NCBI GenBank assembly: GCA_951406725.2
Contig: OX597822.1
Location: 117,180,001-117,244,000 of the forward strand
Length of the DNA stretch: 64,000 bases
Direction: 5' to 3'
DNA from: Octopus vulgaris
Lineage: Eukaryota
Shown here piece by piece: positions 56,478 through 64,000 of the stretch (its first letter is position 1; each line of letters begins with the position of its first letter). The position numbers were made by a program, and so were the translations under genes. The notes beneath the pieces are model-generated. The model ran no database searches. It worked only from the letters and a program-made list of their open reading frames with translations, and was not told the DNA's origin.

Positions 56478-56770
56478 TTAATAATCCTTGATCAGGGCCT
56501 GAGACAACATAGAAATGGTAAAACCTAAAAGTAGGAGACTATTTGAAGCATACATACTTCTGGCGGCAATAGATTCCTCGTTGCAAACATGGTCATCACA
56601 GACACACCTGCGTCCTGAAAATGACAGAATTTTGTACTTGCTAATGCTAGAAAATATAACGGCCAGGTTTGATTTCATGTCTATTTCTGTATTGGTCCTT
56701 TCAGCACATATTCTTGGGCTATCTTTCTCAATTTCCAAACATCCACGGTGAAATACAGTCACTCTCGATT
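56478..56770 (-). CDS. Terminal coding exon of the same Ly6/uPAR protein, with GPI-anchor-type C-terminus
   Basis: Acceptor TTTTTACTTTGTAG|AA TCG joins in phase with the previous exon (A+AA=Lys); encodes SRVTVFHRGCLE...RICAE...RRCVCDDHVCN, then small residues and a hydrophobic tail (AARSMYASNSLLLLGFTISMLSQALIKDY*); minus-strand AATAAA near 56373 and 56161. Confidence 0.88.
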
Positions 56771-56824
56771 CTACAAAGTAAAAATCATTTGCATTAGTTT
56801 TTTTAGTAGAATATTGTATCAACA

Positions 56825-57025
56825 TCACATACTTAATGGATGTGTGTGATTAAAAACTACAAAGCTCCAGTATTTTGTCTAAGGGAAGTCTCTTTAAAAA
56901 AACAAAGTATAACTTCAAAGCTGTAGGCTGTGTTTTTCAACACTATACATCGAGAGGGAGACTTCTCTGAGATGAAATACTGCAGTTTTGTAGCATTTAA
57001 CAAGACACATACATTAAGTATGTGA
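56825..57025. repeat. Imperfect inverted repeat (~70-bp arms)
   Basis: TCACATACTTAATG...GAAGTCTC vs GAGACTTC...CATTAAGTATGTGA. Confidence 0.75.
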
Positions 57026-58118
57026 AATTGGTTTCAAATTTTGGCACAAGGCCAGCAACTTTGGGGAAGGGATAAGTTGATTACATTGATCCCAGTACTC
57101 AAAGGGTACTTATTTCATTGACTCTGAAAGGATGAAAGGTAAAGTCGACCTTGGCAGAATTTGAACTCAGAATGTAAAAGATGGATGGACTGCCACCAAT
57201 CATTTCGTCTGGTGTGCTTATGATTCTGCCAGCTCACCATCTTACACTGAGTATGCGATATTGATAACATTTACATTATTGAGTCGCTTCTAAAACAAAA
57301 ATCACATTTAAATTTAAGAATGTTCTCAAAATGGTTTTATACTAAGACATGCAAAGTACAAGCAGAAATACACGGTGACCTCTTGATTGAAGAAATGTAA
57401 GTTCCCAGATGTGTATTACGGTTGTGAAAACTTATCATGCTCACTTTATAGCAAATTTTATTTATTTATTTATTTTACATAATATTTTGTAAAAAATTAG
57501 AATTATTGATCACAGATTTTACAATAGGACAGTGATGGGTTCATTGATTATACGATGACAAAAGTGACAAAAGATTGCTTGTATTATACAGGTAGAACAA
57601 ATACCATAATGTGCCTCATTCAAAAGCACCTGTTTATCAGTTTCCTCATCCGTGTTTACATCTTTTACCAATATACATCACCAAAAGGTGTACATAAACA
57701 CACATCCTCCAATACACAAACATATTTTATGAGAGATGATAAACAGATATTACACAACTTGACTTGTGGTCTTCCTCACTTGTTCAGGTGACGGTACAAA
57801 TTGGTAGGTTCCAAACTAATATGATGGCAGTGTAACCTGTATAGGTCAGTGGTTGTTGTCTGCCAGGCAACAGAATGGCTGTGTCTTCTTTGAAATTGTC
57901 AAGGAGGAATTTAGGCATGTGTAAGTGGACTGAAACCATTTCTTTATTACCAGTTAAGATGTAAGATAGGATTGTAGCTGAGGTGAAGCTTCTGTATAAG
58001 AAGGCAAAGACTGCAGGACTTTGGTCAATTCATAGATGCCTTAATCTTATCTAATTCTGTTTATGAGATACAAGTGGTCTTTTCTTTTGTGATTTTCAAA
58101 CACATGGATGCACGCGCG

Positions 58119-58158
<40 letters not shown>

Positions 58159-58674
58159 TACAGTGGAGCTAATATTTTAGTTGAGACACTTAGAACCAGA
58201 TTTTTGTTTTGGATTGCAGAATGACTGTATATTTGCATTTCTAAATTGGAAACACCCTACCCACCCCCTGCCCAAGTTTACACCTGTTTTCTTGTTTAGA
58301 TTCACATGATATGTAACAGTTTCACTTTGGAAATGTTTTGCTTTCCATCAAAACAAATTCAGTTGTTACACTTTTTGCTTCAGATTTTTAATCACATCAA
58401 ACAGCTGTATATTTCATATTGGTTTGCCATGTAAAGAAAGGCTGCTTGTCATCGTTGTTTTAAGAACCACATTTTCATGCTTGTGTGCATTGGACGGAGA
58501 TTATTGAGGTTGATTTTCTAAATCTGGATGCCCTTCATATCACCAGCCCTCACCTGTTTTCAAGTAAGGTAATATTTCTCCATGACCAGATTTGTCTCAG
58601 AACATTGGAAATGAAGACCACTTGAGTGATGGTGACATTTGTTTTGAACTATTATGCAATGTCACAGGCAAAGT

Positions 58675-58715
<41 letters not shown>

Positions 58716-58897
58716 AAACACACGTGTGTGTAAAAGCACCCAGTACACATTGTAAAGCAGTTGGTGTTAGGAGGGGCATAGAGCCATAGAAACTATGTCA
58801 AAACAGACATGGACCTTGGGCAGCTCTTCAGTAGGTAAACTTCTGCCAAAGTATTTAACCCATGCCAGCATGGAAAACAGATGTTAAATGATGATGA

Positions 58898-58941
<44 letters not shown>

Positions 58942-59089
58942 GGTGCAGACGGTATTTCAGAACAGATACATAGTTTTTAAAAAAACGCTTATATAAAAGC
59001 AGGAGAAAAACATATTTTTATATCAAACATAAAACTAAATTGTCACCTTAATAATTTCATTCAATAAAACCACCACAGGCATCATTAAC

Positions 59090-59290
59090 TGCCTCTACGT
59101 GGCCAAATGTTGAGGGTGATGGGATCATGCAAACTGTCAGCCATTCATTCTGGTTCATATGAGCCTTGTGTGATGGGGCAGAATCTTGTTGAAAGACATA
59201 ACGTCTTCCATTGCATACACTGTTGATCAAAAGTTTAACAACTTTATTCAGAACCTCAATATATGTAGCAGCATTCACCTTAAGGCCTTA
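59090..59290 (-). pseudogene. Tc1/mariner transposase fragment
   Basis: NAATYIEVLNKVV...YVFQQDSAPSHKA (second catalytic Asp motif). Confidence 0.75.
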
Positions 59291-59629
59291 TGGAATGACA
59301 GGACCACATATGATATCTCAAGGTGTATCTTTTTCTCTGATGAAATTGTGCTCATGTCACATAAATGCAAATTTAATGCACAAATTTGTAATTAAATTAT
59401 TGAGTATTATTTGAAATGGCTGTAAGAAGCAAAGATGACCGATTTCTTAATAATAAAGAATTATTAACTTCCTATTTTCCATTTTATTTTCTTCATTTAA
59501 TTGGATAGAAACTATATGCTTAATATATATTTATCATTTTAAGGGAATGTCATTCCCCAATGATACTAGGTATTGAACCAGCATTTCCTTGGATGTAACC
59601 ATCTCTTTACAAGGTAAACATACCCTCTA

Positions 59630-60222
59630 TGGAGACCCAGGAAGACATGGGAGTGAGGTGGTGAAGCATGACCTTCGAATATTGGGCCTCACAGAGGCAA
59701 TGACAAAAGATCGAGACCTCTGGAGATATGCTGTGGTTGAGAAGACCTGGGAAATAAAGTGAGTCCACAGCTGTAACCTACCCAAGTGTTGCATAACCAG
59801 CCCACTCAAAAAGTACCTTGGATCGTAGGGCAACATGCCCTGCTTGAGGAGACTGATTGAGTCAAGTACATCAAAACCAAAATCAAATGGAAATTGTAGT
59901 TGTGGTCCCTGTGCCGGTGGCATGTAAAAAGCACCATCTGAATGTGGATGATGCCAATGCCGCCATGACTGGCTTCCGTGCTGGTGGCACATAAAAAGCA
60001 CCAACCAATCGTGGTCATTGCCAGCCCCCCTGGCCCCTGTGCCGGTGGCACATAAAAAGTACCCACTACACTGTTGGAGTGGTTGGCATTAGGAGGGTCA
60101 TCTAGCTGTAGAAACACTGCCAGATCAGACTGGAGCCTAGTGCAGCCTCCTGGCTTTCCAGACCCCAGTCAAACCCTCCAAGTCATGCCAACATGAAAAA
60201 TGGATGTTAAACGATGACGATG
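59630..60222 (+). mobile_element. RTE LINE 3' fragment in the Ly6 intron
   Basis: End of ORF (RPRKTW...DRDLWRYAVVEKT), 3' subrepeats and GTTAAACGATGA tail. Confidence 0.85.
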
Positions 60223-60561
60223 ATATATATGTAGACACAGTTTGACTGTAATAGTTAAAAAGTTTTTACTCCACAACTACAGTATTCTCGGTTCAATCCT
60301 GCTGTGTAGAATATGAGGCAAAAGTTATTTTCTATAGCCTTGGATCCACCCATAACTTGTGAGTAAAATTGAGTGGACAGAAATTTTATAGAAGTACCTT
60401 GGGTAGATTGTAATTATAATTCAAAAGCTACATCTTTGTCACATAGTCTCACATTGATTCTGCATGAGAATTACATTAAAAGTACACAGGTTAGTGAAAT
60501 ATTTCGTTTCTGGATTTGGTTTGCAAGATTCTTTATGTGAGTTCGTGTGTTGAAGCATATT

Positions 60562-60819
60562 CTGTTGTGTCTGGGGAGAGTCATTTTCTTTTTGTGCCTT
60601 ATAATGTAACACACTCACCAATGAAATTTCCACTTTTTTCTTATTGTTATTGTCCTAAAATTTTCGTTGCATCTTGCAACCTTTTCAATAGTTTTGACTC
60701 TCAAAACGTTGCAAGATGCAACGAAAATTTTAGGAAAATAAAAATAAGTGGAAATTTTACCTGTGAGTGTGTTACATTATAAGGCACAAAAAGAAAATGA
60801 CTCTCCCCAGACACAACAG
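60562..60819. repeat. Near-perfect ~260-bp palindrome
   Basis: CTGTTGTGTCTGGGGAGAGTCATTTTC... mirrored by ...GAAAATGACTCTCCCCAGACACAACAG; direct repeat ACAGGTTAGTGAAAT at ~60486 and ~60816. Confidence 0.85.
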
Positions 60820-61586
60820 GTTAGTGAAATGCTTGACCACTAACAGGTTAATTCAGATTCAGATAATCCAGTTGATTGAATATCAGGCATTTGTGTATGT
60901 ATGTATATGTGTGTACATATATGTGTGTGTGAGTACATGTGTGTATGTGTCTGTGTATATTATATTTATAACAGTTATATAGGCACAGTTGCTTCCCAGC
61001 CACATGGTTTTGAGTTCAGTCCCACTGTGTGGCACCTTAGCCAGGTGTCTTTTACAATAGGCTCTGGTTAACAAAAGCGTTGTGAGAGCATTTGATAGCA
61101 AGAAACTGGGTGAAGCCAGTCGCATGTATGCATGTATGTATGCATGTATGTATGCTTGTGAGAGTGTGTGTATGTTTGTGTCTTTTTGTCTTAAAATTAT
61201 GTGATTATTGTAAATGAATGTTGTTCATTTTGAATATTTTGCAAAAATGTTTGGCCAATGGAGAAATATTACCTTGCTTGGAAAAAATTCAGTGTCAATG
61301 ACTGGAAAGAGATTTGGTCATAGAAAGATCTGGCTCAAATAAACTTCCATGCAAGAATGGACATTAAAACAATCTTTGATCTCTCTTTCACTTGTTTCAG
61401 TCGTTAGTCTGTGGCCCTGCTGGGGCACCACCTTGAAGGATTTTAGCTGAACAAATTTATCCTAAAACTTATTTTTTTAAGCCTGGTACTTATTCTATCA
61501 TTCTCTTTTGCTGAACCACTATGTTATGGAGATGTAAACACACCAACACTGGTTGTCAAGCGGTGGTGGGGGACAAATACAGGTAG

Positions 61587-61618
<32 letters not shown>

Positions 61619-62499
61619 GCGCACATGCGACACACATCTTTCATTTTCTGTCTACCAAATCCACTGACAAGACTTTATTGGCCTTTGACCTGAGGCTACA
61701 GCTGAAGGTACTTTCCCAAGGTGCCATGTAGTGGGACTGAACCCATAACCATGTGGTTGGGAAGCAAGCTTCTTACCACAAAGCCACATGATGATAAATG
61801 ATGAATGATGACGATGTAATCAGTTAATATTAATTTCAAAATTGTGGCACAAGGCCAGCAATTTTGAGGGTAGGAGATAAGTTGATTACATCAAGCCCAA
61901 CATTCAAGTCGTACTTATTTTATCGACCATGAAAGGATAAAAGGCAAAGTCAACCTTGGTTGAATTTGAACTTGAATTTGAAAGTTCAAATGTGGGACAA
62001 AATGCCACTAAGCAATTTGCTTAGTGTGATAACGATTCTTATTTCTTTATTGCCCACAAGGAGCTAAACACAGAGGGGACAAACAAGGACAGACAAACGG
62101 ATTAAGTCAATCAGATCGACCCCAGTGTGTAACTGGTACTTAATTTATCGACCCTGAAAGGATGAAAGGCAAAGTCGACCTCGGCGGAATTTGAACTCGG
62201 AACGTAACTGGTCCCATATATATATATATATATAATTTCTTTACTACCCACAAGGAGCTAAACACAGAGGGGACAAACAAGGACAGACAAAGGGATTAAG
62301 TCAATTAGATTGACCCCAGTGCGTAACTGGTACTTAATTTATCGACCCTGAAAGGATGAAAGGCAAAGTCGATCTCGGCGGAATTTGAACTCGGAACGTA
62401 GCGACAGACAAAATGCCCCTAAGCATTTTGCCAGTGTGATAATGATTGTGCCAACTCACCACCTTAGTTCTCAATTTATATTAATATTAATTAACTTAC

Positions 62500-62742
62500 T
62501 AGATCCAAGAAGGGTAGCATTAACTGAACCAATTAGTGTGCCGCAAGACGTATCGGTGTACTGGTTGTTTTCCACTGGGCAGTCTTCTAATTTGGCCGAC
62601 TCTTGAGCAGTGGGGTTTTTAACGTTGATGTCTTCCGGAGTTAAGTCTTTGCATTTGTCGTTGTTTCTGTTGGTGAGGATCTCTCTTACACTCCCAGATA
62701 TTTCGTTGAATTCCGTATATGTACAAACAACACAACTTCTAC
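62500..62742 (-). CDS. Internal exon (243 nt, phase 1-1) of a Ly6/uPAR three-finger (quiver/sleepless-like) protein; N-terminal half of the domain
   Basis: Acceptor ...TTATTGTAGTCGTTGCAG|GT AGA AGT TGT, donor GGA TCT A|GTAAGT; encodes (G)RSCVVCTYTEF...DKCKD...EDCPVE...TSCGTLIGSVNATLLGS with CxxC start and 5 Cys. Confidence 0.85.
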
Positions 62743-63069
62743 CTGCAACGACTACAATAATAGAAATAGGGATCAGCACAACAACAACAACAAGAATTGA
62801 AATTTCTAATTTTGGCACAGAACCAGCAATTTCCTGGAGAGTGGTTAGCTGACTGCATTGACCCCTGGGGTTCAACTTACTTTATTACACCTGAAAATTT
62901 AAAAAGGTGAAGTCTACTTTTGTGGAATTTGTAAAGAGGCGGAAGTAATATCGTTAAGCATCTTGTCAGCTTATCACACTACTACTACTACTACCACCAC
63001 CACCACCACCACCACCACCAACACCACTACTACTACTACTACCACCACCACCACCACCACCACCACCAA

Positions 63070-63102
<33 letters not shown>

Positions 63103-63146
63103 CACTACCACAAATGGTTTAAAATTTTGCCGCAAGGGCAGCATGA

Positions 63147-64000
63147 CTTAGTATCATCAGCATAAGATAGAATACTAGAATGCAGTGTGGAACTAAGCGA
63201 GGAAGGGAGAAACAAAAACTTATCTGCACATAACTGGATGGATGTGAGTGAAATCATCATCATCATCATCATCATTTAGCGTCCGCTTTCCATGCTAGCA
63301 TGGGTTGGACGGTTCAACTGGGGTCTGTGAAGCTGGAAGGCTTCGTCAGGCCCAGTCAGATCTGGCAGTGTTTCTACGGCTGGATGCCCTTCCTAATGCC
63401 AATGTAAGATGGCTAAATCCATAATGAAGCACATGTTGGCCAGGTATCATCATCATCATCATCATCATCATTTAGCGTCCGCTTTCCATGCTAGCATGGG
63501 TTGGACGGGTCAACTGGGGTCTGTGAAGCTGGAAGGCTTCGTCAGGCCCAGTCAGATCTGGCAGTGTTTCTACGGCTGGATGCCCTTCCTAATGCCAATG
63601 TAAGATGGCTAAATCCATAATGAAGCACATGTTGGCCAGGTATCATCATCATCATCATCATCATCATTTAGCGTCCGCTTTCCATGCTAGCATGGGTTGG
63701 ACGGTTCAACTGGGGTCTGGGAAGCTGGAAGGCTTCGTCAGGCCCAGTCAGATCTGGCAGTGTTTCTACGGCTGGATGCCCTACCTAACGCCAATGTAAG
63801 ATGGCTAAATCCATAATGAAGCACATGTTGGCCAGGTATGTTTATTTATATGGGTAGCCAAAAGGAAGTAAGATGGCTGATGGAAATGAAGACCGAGGTA
63901 GGATTTTGGAACAAAACATGATGCCTGGAGCTACTAGCAAAATTTGAAAGCCGATACGAACAAAATTGAAAAGTTGTTTTCAAAACAAGACCACAACAGG
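63147..64000 (+). repeat. Direct duplication of the segment starting at 54253, with 3 copies of the 196-bp unit; runs off the window
   Basis: CTTAGTATCATCAGCATAAGATAG at 54253 and 63147 (offset 8894); sequence after the array again identical (offset 8110). Confidence 0.95.

Noticed and set aside
56771-56828. N-terminal extension of ORF 56478-56828
   Set aside because: Intronic read-through upstream of the splice acceptor, overlapping an inverted repeat
62743-62875. In-frame hydrophobic stretch resembling a signal peptide for the Ly6 protein
   Set aside because: No in-frame ATG (ORF starts at TTG); derived from a SINE tail and the intron 3' tract; good acceptor at 62743

Overview
AT-rich, very repeat-dense eukaryotic DNA. 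The SINE, RTE-LINE and microsatellite make-up strongly suggests a cephalopod (Octopus-like) genome; this is an inference. Almost all long ORFs in the supplied track are microsatellite artefacts. The one well-supported host gene is on the minus strand: two phase-compatible exons (62742-62500 and 56770-56478) encode a 10-Cys Ly6/uPAR three-finger (quiver/sleepless-like) domain with a GPI-type C-terminus. It lies in an ~8.9 kb unit that starts to repeat at 63147 and carries a 196-bp VNTR (7 vs 3 copies). The rest is three tRNA-derived SINE families, RTE and R4/Dong LINE remnants, a Penelope-like GIY-YIG fragment, Merlin and Tc1/mariner transposase remnants, hAT and Merlin MITEs, Helitrons and large palindromes. 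Several minimal type-I hammerhead ribozyme motifs are present (one apparently intact at 46089-46188), mostly in inverted pairs. There are also a few unassigned exon-like segments, including a 15-nt microexon candidate. Repeat boundaries were read by eye and are approximate.
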